Source: Eledone cirrhosa (Eukaryota). Taken from it: a stretch of 64,000 nt of DNA. Shown piece by piece: positions 49,059 through 64,000 of this stretch. Both the position numbers and the translations under genes were made by a program. Positions within the stretch are counted from its first letter, which is position 1; the number at the start of each line of letters is the position of its first letter. The stretch spans positions 6,138,001 through 6,202,000 of the forward strand of contig OZ024745.1 of the NCBI GenBank assembly GCA_964016885.1, written 5' to 3'. The notes under the pieces are model-generated. The model had not been told where the DNA came from, made no database searches, and saw only the letters and a list, made by a program, of their open reading frames with translations.

Positions 49059-49059
49059 T

Positions 49060-49112
49060 GAGATTCCTGATGATTTCTAATGAATGAAACAGTTCTAGTC
49101 ATGTAGAATCTC
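49060..49112 (+). ncRNA. Type I HHR with one stem III mismatch
   Basis: gagattc-CTGATGA-t ttc taat gaa t-GAAA-cag ttctagtc atg-TA-gaatctc. Confidence 0.85.
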
Positions 49113-49123
49113 ATCTATATTAA

Positions 49124-49172
<49 letters not shown>

Positions 49173-49498
49173 TATACATATATATATATATATATATGGA
49201 TATATATATATATGTGTATGTATATATATATATGTGTATGTATATATATATATGTATATAATATAATCATATATATGTGTGTGTATGCATGTATATATAT
49301 ATAATTATATATGTATATATATATATAAACAGGTACACACACACACATATATATATATATACGCATGTGTATATGCACACACAAAAATATGATATTCTAT
49401 GTCATATATATATATGTCTGCATGTGCGTGCGTGCGTGCAACCATGTGTGTGTGCATGTGTGTTTATCTGTGTGTGTGTCAGTGTCTGTATATGTATA

Positions 49499-49542
<44 letters not shown>

Positions 49543-50099
49543 CGTTTGTCTATCTGTGTGTGTCTGTCTGTGTGTGTCTATCTGTGTGTGTCTGTGTGTG
49601 TCTGTGTGTGTGTGTCTGTGTGTGTCTGTCTGTGTGTGTCTGTCTGTGTGTACTTAACACAATCACTTGCCGCACTCAGCAAACCAGCGGAACTCTCTGC
49701 ATTTAAAGATAGCTTCTGATATTATTTATTTAAACAACAACAACTACAACTATAACAACAACAACAACTACAACAACAATAACTGCAACAACAACAATGA
49801 AACTACACAAAATGAAAGAGAAGGGAAAATATAAAATCTTTCCCCGATGAATTATGTAAACAACAATGGAGGCTGCACTGAAATCCTGGAAATAAGGGAA
49901 AATATTCAGAAATATGAGTTCTTTGTCAGAATTATAGGAATAGATATTCAAATTATTATTTAATGTTACAAATCATCATCATCATCGTCATCATCGCCAT
50001 CATCGTCGTCATCAACCAGTTCAACCTAAAAGACAAACGAGAACACATCACGTAGATTCAGCAGCCATGTACTCACACATACGCGCGCGCATATACACA

Positions 50100-50140
<41 letters not shown>

Positions 50141-50448
50141 ACACATGTATGTATATATATATTATATATGTGTGTGTTTGTGCATGTGATTTTGTGTTTC
50201 TGTATGAATGTATTTGTGTGTATATATATTTACGTATGTATATATAAATATTTAAATTACCTGTTTCAACACACACATAAATATACATACGGTCATACAT
50301 ATTGATGAAAAATTGTTTTAATGTAAATGAAACAGAAAAATGTCTAAGATTAATTGAAGAAGCACTCAATACATATTTGTAGTGACGTCGGTGTATCAGC
50401 TGCCGTTAACACTAAACTTACAATTTATTGCCACCTTTCCCTTCCATG

Positions 50449-50555
<107 letters not shown>

Positions 50556-50798
50556 TATATATATTTATAAATGTATATATATCTGTATATATATATATTT
50601 TTATATACATGTATATATATGTATATATATGTATATATATGTATATATATAAATGTTCCTTATAATTGTGTTTTCTGAATCCTAACATTGTTTTAACTCC
50701 CGACTTTCTATATGATGTCTATGACACTGACAATAGTTATGTATCTACCTAAATGTTCTGAAGACTAGGATTTTAATCATCTGTTTAAGCATTCCCTA

Positions 50799-50845
50799 TG
50801 TTCCGATGAATCCAGACTTCCCTCTGAAAGAAACAATTGTCAGCA
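50799..50845 (+). ncRNA. HHR motif with U4C core
   Basis: tgtt-CCGATGA-atc caga cttccc tctg aaa-GAAA-caattg-TC-agca. Confidence 0.6.
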
Positions 50846-51021
50846 ATTAAATGTATCAAACTAAGATTTGATTGTTTTATATTTTGTATCTCGGCTCTGT
50901 AATACATTTGATAATTTACATTGAGCCTTTTCTCCTACCGGTAACTGGCTAGTACTTAGTACTACCCTCCATATTTATAATTATATATAACACATAAATA
51001 AGTATAAATATTATTATTATT

Positions 51022-51210
51022 CGGTGAATTGGCAGTATCGGTAGAGGGTCGGACATGCTTTCCAACATAGTTACGGCCCTTTACGATCTGAGTTCAATTC
51101 TCGCCGAGGTTAACTTTGCCTTTCATCCTTACGGGGTCGATAAAATAAAGTACCAGTAATGTACTGGGATAATTGCTGGCCTTGTGCCAAAAGTAGAAAC
51201 AATTATTACT
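51022..51210 (+). mobile_element. tRNA-derived SINE, full length
   Basis: Close match to 30248-30436. Confidence 0.9.
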
Positions 51211-51671
51211 ATATGTGTATATATATATGTTTATATGCATGTATTTATATGTATATATATACATGTATATATATATGTATATATATATGCGCTACATGTG
51301 TGTGAATGTACATACATATATACACATACATATAAAAAAAAATATATATACACATATATATATATTTATATATATATATATGTATATACATGTGTATATA
51401 TATATCGACGTTATATTCTTCACTCTTGTGGTTCTCTACCCCTTGTTTGTCTTTTCTTCTTTCTATACTGTGTTATGAAGAGTCCTTGAGTTCATTAAAT
51501 TACTGGGGATTAACGTGTCTTTAACTCCCTTTTTTAATTTTATATATATATATATATAAATTTTGAGTATATGTTGGTTTATTTTATATATATATCTGTA
51601 AATATATATATATATATATAAGAAAAGGGAAGTAAGGCTCTATACAAAACAACGGATATAGAGAAAATATG

Positions 51672-52638
<967 letters not shown>

Positions 52639-52890
52639 TATGTATATATACATATATATACATATATATACATATATATACATATTTTATATATACATAT
52701 ATATACATATTTTATATATACATATATATATATACATATTATTTCACGTTGCTCCTTCTGCCTGGAGTTGCGACAGATAGATAGTATTAACAATTGGAAA
52801 GACCAACGGAAACATTGTTTCCTCGGTCCGATTTGACGAAAGTCGATCGTTCCTTAAAAATATATACATATATACATATACATATATATG

Positions 52891-53946
<1,056 letters not shown>

Positions 53947-54496
53947 TTAATATTTTTTTAAGGCAACGCTTGTAATAACTCTAGTTAAACAGGATATATA
54001 TTAATAATAAATTATCGTTGTAATGTAATTAGATTATGTAATTGTTATTATAAATTATCTTATAAATATTAGTGTAAGATGTATAAAAATATTTTCAGAC
54101 TTTTAATATAAACAACTACAAAAAACAATCAATATTAAATCAATATATTATACATAATAGAAAACATAAAATAAACAATACAAAAACAAAATATTTACAT
54201 ACAATTGCAATTATCAGTGTATATACATTTTCTTTATATTCCCTGAGCAAATTAATAAGATTTGTTTTTATTGTACATAATTTGATGACTTGTTGGAGTG
54301 TATTAAAAGATAACAACAATTTGTGATTAAATTGTTATCTTAAGCAACTCACTTTTTAATAGTTGTTGGCTGAGCGAAATTGTAAAAGCCTATGAGCAAA
54401 TATAAAAAAAAATACACAAACAACATTTCCTTGTGTTATTACAACATTAGATAAAATAATTGAGCAATGTCGTTATATTTTGCTCTTATTGCACAT

Positions 54497-54670
54497 TAAT
54501 AGTGTTTCTATTTTTCGGCACAAATCCATTACGGCAGTCCATTACTGGTACTTTATTTTATCGAATTAGTAAGTATGAAAGTCGAAGTTAACCTCGGCAG
54601 GATTTGAACTTAGAATGCAAAGGACCATAACAATACTGCAAAGCATGGTGTCTGACGCTCTACCAATACT
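54497..54670 (-). mobile_element. SINE, diverged copy
   Basis: Reverse complement of the family consensus (ACTGGTACTTTATTTTATCGA...AACCTCGGCAGGATTTGAACT). Confidence 0.8.
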
Positions 54671-55138
54671 TGTGTTGAGCTGGTCATTAATTTATGGTGG
54701 TCGTGCGTGGAGTAGAGCAATCGTTAGTTGAAATATTATGAACAAAACATTTTTATTTGCCGAAGAACATATTTTCAATACTGTTTGTGAATGTGACGAA
54801 GGAAATACATTCTGATATGGAACAGTGTACAAAGTGTGTCTGTGAATAACATAATGTTACCTCATGTTGTTGTCAAGACATAATGGATTTCGTATATCCA
54901 GTTAGAAGATGAAACCTAGCCATCTCGGATTAGTTATATTTCATGCCATGTGTAAACGTGTTTGAGGATAGCAAAATATGCGTGTTTCTTGTCTGGAAAC
55001 TTTCTGCTAAACTGATTGGTTTCGTTTTTGGCACTATACAATACTCATCCAACAGATAGCTGTATTGGATCCTTGATTGGTTAATATTTAGGTGAGGGTG
55101 CTTGATGCAGAGTTAGTGCAAAATGGATCAATGAGTGT

Positions 55139-55790
55139 AATAATAATAATGATAATAATAATGAAAATATTGTGTACAATGCTGAGGTGCACTACAACTC
55201 ATCAAAAGTGCATATATAATACATAGGGTAATATAAAAACGTCATGAAAAAAGAACAGTGCATGAGTCATGATATACACATATGTGCATGTGTATGGAAG
55301 GGGGACATCAGGTGTAGTTTTGGTGTATTTCGGAATGTATGATGGTTTTAAAGGATGCAGTGTGTCATCAGCTAACAACTGATGCAGGAAGTTTGTTCCA
55401 TCCTTCAGCAACTCTGAGCATGAAGAAATATTTCCTAAAGTCATGGGAGCTGTGTTGTTTTCTGACTTTGTAGGCATGTCCACGTGTTAGACACATGGAG
55501 ATCAAAAAAGTGTTCGGGGTTGTTGTTGGTCGGATGGTTAATAACTTTGTGGGTGTTTACCAAGTCCATTGCCAGAGGGAAGCAAAATATTCAGGGTATG
55601 GTAGGTGTCTGATGGAGGGTATGCGCTTGGTTGCATGTCTCTGAACAGTTTCCAGGAGGTCAATGTTCTGAGCAAGATAGGGGTTCCAGACTGATGACGC
55701 GAACTCCAAGTGTATTCGTACCATAGATGTATACAGCTTTAAATAGATGGCTGGAGAGCAGCTAATGAAGGTCTTGCTGATTGATGCCAA
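55139..55790 (-). mobile_element. CR1-group LINE 3' fragment, same family as 27646-30237
   Basis: ASISKTFISCSPAIYLKLYTSMVRIHLEFASSVWNP...; 3' UTR and (ATT)n tail align with ~29570-30237. Confidence 0.92.
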
Positions 55791-56002
55791 GTCAATCTTA
55801 ATAAATTGACTGATTTATCTGTTCACTACTGCTAATCCACCGCTGTTTGTACAATTTTTTAAATAATGTCAATTTGAGCTTGAATCATTGGCGTAATGAA
55901 ATTTGAAAAGATTATAAGCAAATCTTTTTTAAAATACACAGACAACATTTAACTGTATCGTTGCAACATTAGATCTAATAATGGAGCAACATTTGTGCAG
56001 AA

Positions 56003-56467
56003 TTATTGTTTGTGCAATAAGATATTTGCAGATCTGTACTTGGTCTGCTCTTTAGCCAACTCGGTACGTTTAGAAGCTCTACGCTCGGCTTGCTTTTGAG
56101 ATATAATAGCTGAATTTGCAGATCTATACTTGGCCTGCTTGTTTGCCAACTCATACCGTTTTGAACATCTATACTTGGCCTGTTTTTGTGTTAATTTAGC
56201 AAAATTCACAGCTCTATAATCGGCCTGTTTTTGTCTCAACTTCTCCCGATTCCGCATCCGGTAAGCTGCTTTCACATCCAATTTAATACGCCCATCTAGA
56301 TTATTAGCACAGGAATGTGAACAAGCTTGTGGGACCGCATCATTGTAAGTATATGAACTGCCTGCAACATCAAGACCCAATTCACAAGTGCAGCGTTGCT
56401 CATTCACATCGGCAGTGGGGACACCAAAATCAGTGACAGGTCTCGATTCACTCGCGAGATACATCAC
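56003..56467 (-). pseudogene. Decayed ORF with 15-aa charged helical repeats, possibly a Helitron protein N-terminus
   Basis: Repeated (K)QAKYR-x-x-N/K units (45-bp DNA period); a CVFxKRFAY remnant follows in another frame. Confidence 0.35.
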
Positions 56468-56493
56468 AGCTACACTATATATTTAAACATATA

Positions 56494-56555
56494 TACAGTG
56501 ATACCTCGCTACTTGGCGGTTCAACTATCGCGGATTCACGATTTCGCGCATTTTT
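56494..56555 (+). mobile_element. pogo/Tigger-like terminal repeat remnant
   Basis: TA|CAGTGATACCTCGCTACTTGGCGGTTCAACTATCGCGGATTCACGATTTCGCG; partner end not seen. Confidence 0.55.
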
Positions 56556-56740
56556 AGAATATATATATGAACACCTAAAATGTTTCATTAAATCCATTAA
56601 AATATTAATAATAAACACAGTTCTAATCATACGCTATATATATATATAAATATAAGTAATTAATACCGTATAAATGGTACAAAGACTGTTTATGTAAAAT
56701 GTATTTCTCAACAGAGTATTGAATACTTAGGAGAAATTCA

Positions 56741-56954
56741 AAACGAAGAGTGATAACATTTCAAGCAAAGAGTTTAATTAGGTAATGACTTACAAATTTG
56801 TTTCAGTATATAGACAAAGCCTGAAGCGCTAATTATAATAATTAGTTAATAATATTACAAAATATATTAATATTATATTAAATATATACTGAAACAAATT
56901 TATAAGTCATTACCTAATTAAACTCTTTGCTTGAAATGTTATCATTCTTCGTTT
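56741..56954. repeat. ~70-bp inverted repeat, PLE-terminus-like
   Basis: Arms 56741-56810 / 56883-56954 contain GAAACAAATTT(G/A)TA (HHR 3' half) but no 5' core. Confidence 0.7.
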
Positions 56955-56963
56955 ATATATATA

Positions 56964-58040
56964 CTAGCAGTAAAGCCCGGCGTTGCTCGGGGTCGCTCAG
57001 TAGCTGTGTTAAAGTTACAATGTTAAGTTTCTTTCTTGGCTTAAAAACTGTAGTGTCTACTGTGCAGACTTGCATGTGGTGTTTTTGATTAATATTCCCT
57101 CAACCAACAATATGCCTTATGAAGTTAAGAAAACATAACGATAACCCGAATGTTATAACAAAAGAGGATGCTGGGGATAGAAACTGCACTGGTTATTTAT
57201 TAACAAAGATCGAAAATGTAAACACTGCAACGCAGAGAAAAACATTAGCGTAACCAAATTATCAGTTATGTCTGTCTGCACGCCTATATCACCTCTCTGC
57301 ACGACTGTCTGTCTGCACGCCTATATCACCTCTCTGCACGACTATCTGTCTGCACGCCTATATCACCTCTCTGCACGACTATCTGTCTGCACGCGTATAT
57401 CACCTCTCTGCACGACTATCTGTCTGCACGACTGTCTGTCTGCACGCCTAATGACGAAATATTTGCTTGTTTTACGTAGTCTTTAAATAGACTTGTTTTC
57501 AAGTAAAAATATTGTTTTAAAATGCTTTTAAATGGAAATGAAGCAAAACGGGGTCGCTCAGTAGCCGTGTTAAAGTTACAATGTTAAGTTTCTTTTTTGG
57601 CTTAAAAACTGTAGTGTCTACTGTGCAGACTTGCATGTGGTGTTTTTGATTAATATTCCCTCAACCAACAATATGCCTTATGAAGTTAAGAAAACATAAC
57701 GATAACCCGAATGTTATAACAAAAGAGGATGCTGGGGATAAAAACTGCACTGGTTATTTATTAACAAAGACTGAGAAAGCCAGCGTAATTTTTTACGTAA
57801 GACGCTCAATGTAAACAGAACAAAGGGAAATAACTGATAACTTACGCTCAAAAATCGATACATTATATTCGATTTCGTCACATAGGGTGGGTCAATTTGA
57901 AATATTTTTTTTTCCGATGTCTTCGCTAGGGCTCAATGTACAAGTATAGCAATTTCGGTGCAATTCCGTGAGAGATTCTAAGAGGAGATGTGTGCCAAAA
58001 ATCGATAGACAGACAGACAACCACAGTTTTATATATATAG

Positions 58041-58041
<1 letters not shown>
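56964..58041 (-). mobile_element. Non-autonomous Helitron (~1.08 kb)
   Basis: Minus strand: A|TCTATATATATAAAACTG...CCCGAGCAACGCCGGG-8nt-CTAG|T. Internal ~220-bp direct repeat (56988-57208 / 57549-57770) and 37-bp minisatellite (57269-57450). Confidence 0.88.
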
Positions 58042-58079
<38 letters not shown>

Positions 58080-58700
58080 TTTATCTAGTCCTTCGCTCAA
58101 GATTAATCTATAAGTTTAGATGTCTGCCTTCGTTTAAGTAAATATTACAGTAAGATTTTTAATATAAACAACTACAAAAAACAATTAATATTAAAACGAA
58201 AAAATTATCAATGATAAAAGAAGCGGATGCAACTTTTTTTTTTATAAAGTTATATTCCTGTTTCTTTAAAGAACATTTCATTTTTGTTCTATTGTAGGCG
58301 AAATAATGCAATGGTTTAATAGGGAAGATATAACTTACCAATTATGTCTCTAACCGTGTAACGCTTTTTAAGTAGATAACTACAATTGAAAATACTAAAG
58401 AAATGGAACCAACAATTCAATTTGAAAGTCGTCTACTTATAGTGACAGTGTATTACTGGTACTTTATTTTATCGACCCCGTAACGATGAAAGGCAAAAAT
58501 GCAAATGCTTAAAATTTAAATTGCCTTAATTCTATCGTCTGCTGTTTCATTAAAGGGAGATTCTCGTCTGTATTTAATTCTATCGTCTACTGTTCCACTA
58601 AACAGATATACCTCCACTATCGTCTCTATTTATACATTTTAACTTATAACTTATACACATTTGATTTGAAATATTTTATCTAGTCCCCCCTCTCAATATT

Positions 58701-58743
58701 ATGATGATTTCTTTCGAATGAAACAGTTCTAGTCCTGTAGAAG
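58701..58743 (+). ncRNA. Truncated HHR of the 49-kb family
   Basis: ATGATGA-t ttc tttc gaa t-GAAA-cagttctagtcctg-TA-gaa; 5' strand of stem I lost. Confidence 0.65.
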
Positions 58744-58858
58744 CCATTTATATATATAATTGAACTGAGTTAAAAATTCACAATATTTATAATTAAATAA
58801 GCTCATATATATATGTGTGTATTTATCTGTTTATTGTATTATATATAATGTGTGTATA

Positions 58859-58900
58859 TACAGGATGTCCCCCCAAAATATATACACACTTCAACAGCAT
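58859..58900 (+). mobile_element. Tc1/mariner-like TIR remnant
   Basis: TA|CAGGATGTCCCCCAAAA...; no partner end seen. Confidence 0.35.
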
Positions 58901-60298
58901 TCTAATAACTATTGCCTGTACAGGTAATCAAAGTGTCAATCGAATGTTAGTTTCGTGTTTTAACAGTACAAATTTACAATACACACATAACACACATAAA
59001 ACCAGTGTATATACATACATGAGTGTGTATACCCATACATGAATGTGTATATACAATATATATGTATATATATATAGACACATATATTCACGGTGCAACG
59101 GAACATTAAAATATACATGCGGGAGGGGGGATGTATATATAGGGGCGCTGGGGATAAAGGAGTGTAAAGCGTGTGTAATTGATATATTGAAAGAGAGGAG
59201 CGTGCAGCGATAGAGTAACAAATATATAGAGAGGGGGAGAGATGGTATTGAAGGGGAGGAGTGCAAAGAGTAAGAGAGATATATATAGAGACGGAACAGA
59301 TAGAGAGAAACAGGCGTAAGTAACAGTGGAAGAGATATATAGAGAGGGGGAAATGTGTTATTGAAGGGGAGGAGTGTAAAGCGAAAGCGTAAGATATATA
59401 TAGAGAGAGGGGGAATAGTATATATATATATATATATATATATATCAACACTTACTCTGATTGGTTGAAAATTAGCAAATGACATACGATCACCACCACC
59501 ACGGCTATCCCCGAAAAATTTATGAAGAAGCTAGTCATATATGTTAGAACACGAAAAGTGAACATTCTGTTGTTTCACACTTTTCGTGTTCTAACAGATA
59601 TATATATATATATTTATATATAAGTGTGTGTGTGCAGAGAAAATTTGAAGTTGGAAATAACACGGAAAATATATTTAAGGGCCTTTTTCTTTTTTTGTCC
59701 TTTCATTGATTCGTCAAAGTGACATTATTGAAAATATGACATTAAAAAAAATGAGAGGGACAATTCTTTTTTTTTTAAGTTTTATAAAGTATATAAAGTA
59801 TATAAAGTATATAAAGTATTACCGGTCTCGATGTATTATTAAAGTTCATCTTATTAAATGTTAAGTATTGAAATAAAAAATTAAAAAGAATTAATAGGAG
59901 TTAAAAACTAAAAATTAAGGATTTAAAATTAAAATCAAATGTTGGAGTAAGTTTTCTTCCATCTTTCTTGTTCAAAATTTGGCTGGATTTGACTTTAGCA
60001 AGGGACTTAAATCAGTTTAACTAACCACGGAAGGTTCGCTAATAACATTTGTAAATTTCAGCGAAAGTATCTTAAAGCTAGAGGTGAAACTCTTTGCCTT
60101 CACAATGCAACAGATAGCACAGCTGAAATACCAAACTAATCTTGAAAATTTAACTAAAGACCTTTTTTCTTTCTTTATATTCTTTATCTTTTACTTAAAT
60201 GAATAAGTTTTGATATTCGGCCTTAGACAAGATAAATATTATTTTTATTGAAGAAAAATATTATTTTATCTTTAATCTTTTATTTCCTATTTGCAAAC

Positions 60299-60341
60299 TT
60301 TCGCTGATGAAGGATTGTACCAGAAGCCTTGATGTACGAAG
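60299..60341 (+). ncRNA. Degenerate HHR motif
   Basis: tttcg-CTGATGA-a gg attgta cc a-GAAG-ccttgatg-TA-cgaag (A15.1G). Confidence 0.55.
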
Positions 60342-60553
60342 ATGCACGAAAAAAAAAAAGATGAAATAAAAAAGCTTTTCAGAGTTTCAGACCTTGAACT
60401 CTCGTAAAATAACGTGTTATGTGTGAGAACTAAGCCAGCCGTTAAGGTTGATTACCAACTATTTTCAACTCAACTGTTTTCCCATTATTTTTCTTATCAT
60501 CATTGTTCATCATCCTAGAAACTGACATTGAACTGGTATTTTCTCCAGCCTAC

Positions 60554-60617
<64 letters not shown>

Positions 60618-60637
60618 TTATTAAAATAACAGATTAA

Positions 60638-60688
60638 AGTTTAAGCAAAGAATCGCTGCTTTCACCCTCAACGGGATCTTCTGAAACT
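60638..60688 (-). ncRNA. Type I HHR fold with CAGAAGA core
   Basis: agttt-CAGAAGA-t ccc gttga ggg t-GAAA-gca gcgattctt tgc-TT-aaact. Confidence 0.7.
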
Positions 60689-61603
60689 AACAAAGTCAAT
60701 CTGTAAACGCAGAAGTGGATATTTCAAAAAACGTTGCAACCGGAGGAAGACAGGAAGACGTTACTTTGGTTCGTGGAAACGTTCCCTGGCAAAGAGCGGG
60801 AAAAACGAATATAATACGTCATTAATAGGAGCGGTGAAAAACAATTACGCGCAAAGACAGAACCACGTTTATGGTGTAAAAGAGGTCGTAGACTAATGTT
60901 CTCTTAGGTGGTTCATAGAGACGTTCTCTGGCAATGAACGAAAAAAACGAAGATAATACGTCATATGTGGAACGTGGAGAACAATAGCACGCAAAGACAA
61001 AACCACGTAAATGGTATAGCAGAAGTCGTAGACTAAAATTCTAACTAGGAGACCGAATGAATCTCCGCTACAGAGTTAAGAACAAAGTAAATAAATACAA
61101 TACAGAAGTAATAGAAATAAATAAATACATACACGCAAACAAATACGTACATACACAAGCATACGCAAAACACTTACCATAGGTATACAAAACCACGCAC
61201 ATATAAATATGTGTGTGTGTGTATGCGTGTATACAAATAAATAAATAATTATATAAACGTATATAACAAGCGCACACACATACCTACATGTAAATACACG
61301 AATGTTCGGAGACGTAAGTCAACCAAAACATGAAGTACACATATACACACACTCTACATACGTACGAACCTGCATACTCACACAGACGCAAACTCCCGTA
61401 TGCACATGGCCAAACCATATGTACAAGAATATATTAAATTATACGCCATAACATAAACAATCAAATATACGTACGAGAAGGTATACGTACCTTCACAAAA
61501 CATACGGGTAATATATACTTACCTATGCAAATAAGTAATGGTATAAACAAAACATATACTTAGCTCCCACATCAAGACGTAAAATATCCACGTATAGATC
61601 GTA

Positions 61604-62875
61604 CTATCCGTTAGGGTATAACGTGGGGCTGTAATACAGGAAAGTTTTGTGCAATTTATGTTTACAAGCCGAAATTGCCTCAGATTTTTTGTTTAAGATG
61701 TGGTCTGTGGCGTAGAGTATTTCCAGGGCCTCAGCGGCGCAGAGGTCACGTGGTCTTTTATTTCTGTTATATGATCTAGCCCTAGCTAGGATCTCCCAGT
61801 GTAACTTATATTGGGTGTGGTTGTCTTTTAGACTCCAGATATAAGCTGAAAGTGACGTCATATTCCTTCTTAGAGGGTAACGAAAAGAATGGGTATGCAT
61901 GTAAAGACGCTGCTAGAACCTATTGGCGGTTAACCCTATGTAAGCCCTACGGGACGTGGGTGTTACAACCTTACATTTGTAGACAATGTTATTAGAGAGG
62001 CATCTCCCAGATAGGGGGCAATCAACCTGATTCCTACAATTACAGTAGGAACTAACTACAGGGTTGCACGTGTTCCTACGGCTAGGTAGTTTAGCTAAAT
62101 TTGAAGCTGTGATGTTATGTGCAAGGTTCGGAGTCGTAGAGTAAGAAATTTTAATAGTATTTCTATTAAAACTTTTACTATATTTATGTGTAGGGGGAAA
62201 CTGCTTCGTAATAAGGGAAAGAAAGATCTTAGCTAATGGTCTGGCCACCTCTATATTATATGGTGGGTTATACCAACAAATGCGACGAGATCTATTTCTT
62301 CTAGGTCTATTTTCGTACTCTGTATATGCTACCTTATCGACAAATCCACTTCGAGCAAGAGCTTCATTGTAATAAGTGGAATGGTCGTTGAAAATACGCT
62401 CGTTGGTGGAAAGACGGGAAAGCCTCAACGAAACGTTTCTTACCAGGTTCTTGGTTATGCTGGCAGGATGGTTGGAATGCTTACTTATGTAATTAAGCGT
62501 ATCATTCGGCTTTCTATACGGGTAATACAACCCATTCAATAAATTGAGGGTAACGTCGAGGTAATTAACGACCGAGAGATTGGCCTCAACCTGTATAGAG
62601 AGGTTGAAGCCTTTAAAGAAGGCTGTGAGTTCTTTTCTGAACCTGTCGCAAGCACGAGGTCCGCACTTAGTCATGGTCAAAAGACCATCGTCACGGTATA
62701 AACCACCGCCCGCGTTGGGGAAAAGAAGGAAAAGGCCGATAAGAGCAGTAACCTCCACAGAATCACTGGCGCCCATACTCACGTCGAATGGGGTACTATT
62801 GGCATTTTTAATCCAAATAGAGTCGTCGAAATTAGTCACCGACTTTCGGGCATTGAGGATGACATCAACTTCGAA
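61604..62875 (-). pseudogene. Hydra-type PLE RT C-half + GIY-YIG endonuclease, disabled
   Basis: FDVSMGASD, GLYRDDGL, VNYLDVT, YRKPN, SNHP, WYNPPY, CNCx5CPLxGxC, IVYKC..YIGLT, DLC..E, LNKKSE..C.H. In-frame TAG at 61913-61915 and an apparent deletion before GLYRDD. Confidence 0.9.
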
Positions 62876-64000
62876 ATCCTTCCTAGCCAGGGCTAGATCG
62901 TATAACGGAAATAAAAGACCACGTGACCTCTGCGCCGCTGAGGCCCTGGAAATACTCTACGCCACAGACCACATCTTAAACAAAAAATCTGAGGCAATTT
63001 CGGCTTGTAAACATAAATTGCACAACACTTTCCTGTATTACAGCCCCACGTTATACCCTAACGGATAGTACGATATATACGTGGATATTTTACGTCTTGA
63101 TGTGGGAGCTAAGTTTATGTTTTGTTTATACCATTACTTATTTGCATAGGTAAGTATATATTACCCGTATGTTTTGTGAAGGTACGTATACCTTCTCGTA
63201 CGTATATTTGATTGTTTATGTTATGGCGTATAATTTAATATATTCTTGTACATATGGTTTGGCCATGTGTATACGGGAGTTTGCTTCTGTGTGAGTATGC
63301 AGGTTCGTACGTATGTAGGGTGTGTGTATATGTGTACTTCATGTATTTACATGTAGGTATGTGTGTGCGCTTGTGATATACGTATTTATTTATTTATATA
63401 CGTTTATATAATTATTTATTTAGTTGTATACACGCATACACACACACACACATATTTATATGTGCGTGGTTTTGTATACCTATGGTAAGTGTTTTGCGTA
63501 TGCTTATGTATGTACGTATTTGTTTGCGTGTATGTATTTATTTATTTCTATTACTTCTGTATTGTATTTATTTACTTTGTTCTTAACTCTGTAGCGGAGA
63601 TTCATTCGGTCTCCTCGTTAGAATTTTAGTCTACGACTTCTGCTATACCATTTACGTGGTTTTGTCTTTGCGTGCTATTGTTCTCCACGCTCCACATATG
63701 ACGTATTATCTTCGTTTTTTTCGTTCATTGCCAGAGAACGTCTCTATGAACCACCTAAGAGAACATTAGTCTACGACCTCTTTTATACCATAAACGTGGT
63801 TCTGTCTTTGCGCGTAATTGTTTTTCACCGCTCCTATTAATGACGTATTATATTCGTTTTTCCCGTTCTTTGCCAGCGAACGTTTCCACGAACCAAAGTA
63901 ACGTCTTCCTGTCTTCCTTCGGTTGCAACGATTTTTGAAATATCCACTTCTGCGTTTACAGATTGACTTTGTTAGTTTCAGAAGATCCCGTTTAGGGTGA

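Larger units (their letters stand above)
48923..49128. mobile_element. 137-bp palindrome of two back-to-back HHRs plus tail, inserted in (TA)n
   Basis: 48991-49127 is palindromic about T49059 with one mismatch. Confidence 0.85.
60612..64000 (-). mobile_element. 5'-truncated Hydra-type PLE with >1.1-kb inverted 3' duplication (runs off the window)
   Basis: 62881-64000 is the reverse complement of 60662-61791 with small indels; left end adjoins (TA)n. Confidence 0.92.

Noticed and set aside
59100-59600. Degenerate purine-rich ~115-bp repeats and a ~22-bp hairpin (59539-59600)
   Set aside because: Probably mobile-element debris; no diagnostic motif allows assignment.
61913-61915. In-frame stop in the PLE ORF as possible recoding (cf. 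selenocysteine-containing Naiads)
   Set aside because: It is TAG, not UGA, at a probable Lys position (F*QR) in a copy with other lesions, and the domain order is RT-EN.

Overview
AT-rich, repeat-saturated eukaryotic DNA with no recognisable host gene. The tRNA-derived SINE family and microsatellite load suggest an octopod cephalopod (inference). Layout: a 13-kb 29-bp satellite with higher-order structure, a 48-bp minisatellite, simple repeats, and a 16-kb CAA(TC)n(TA)m array split by a decayed CR1-type LINE plus a SINE. The last 27 kb is a mosaic of SINEs, Helitron/hAT/Tc1-pogo pieces and Penelope-like elements (PLEs): one young Neptune-type PLE with an intact RT + GIY-YIG ORF and two decayed Hydra-type PLEs. 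Almost all long ORFs in the supplied track are repeat artefacts. The hidden signal is RNA: I folded by eye about a dozen type I hammerhead ribozyme (HHR) motifs, several in small ORF-less insertions into (TA)n. Highlights are a 594-bp terminally redundant retrozyme-like unit with a compensatory U3-A8 core, a back-to-back double-HHR palindrome, a recurring U10.1/U11.1 signature, a conserved ACUC/GAGU tail hairpin at five loci, and a candidate U-UUU-UUA -1 frameshift upstream of the PLE RT. Nothing was checked computationally; structures and family names are by-eye calls.
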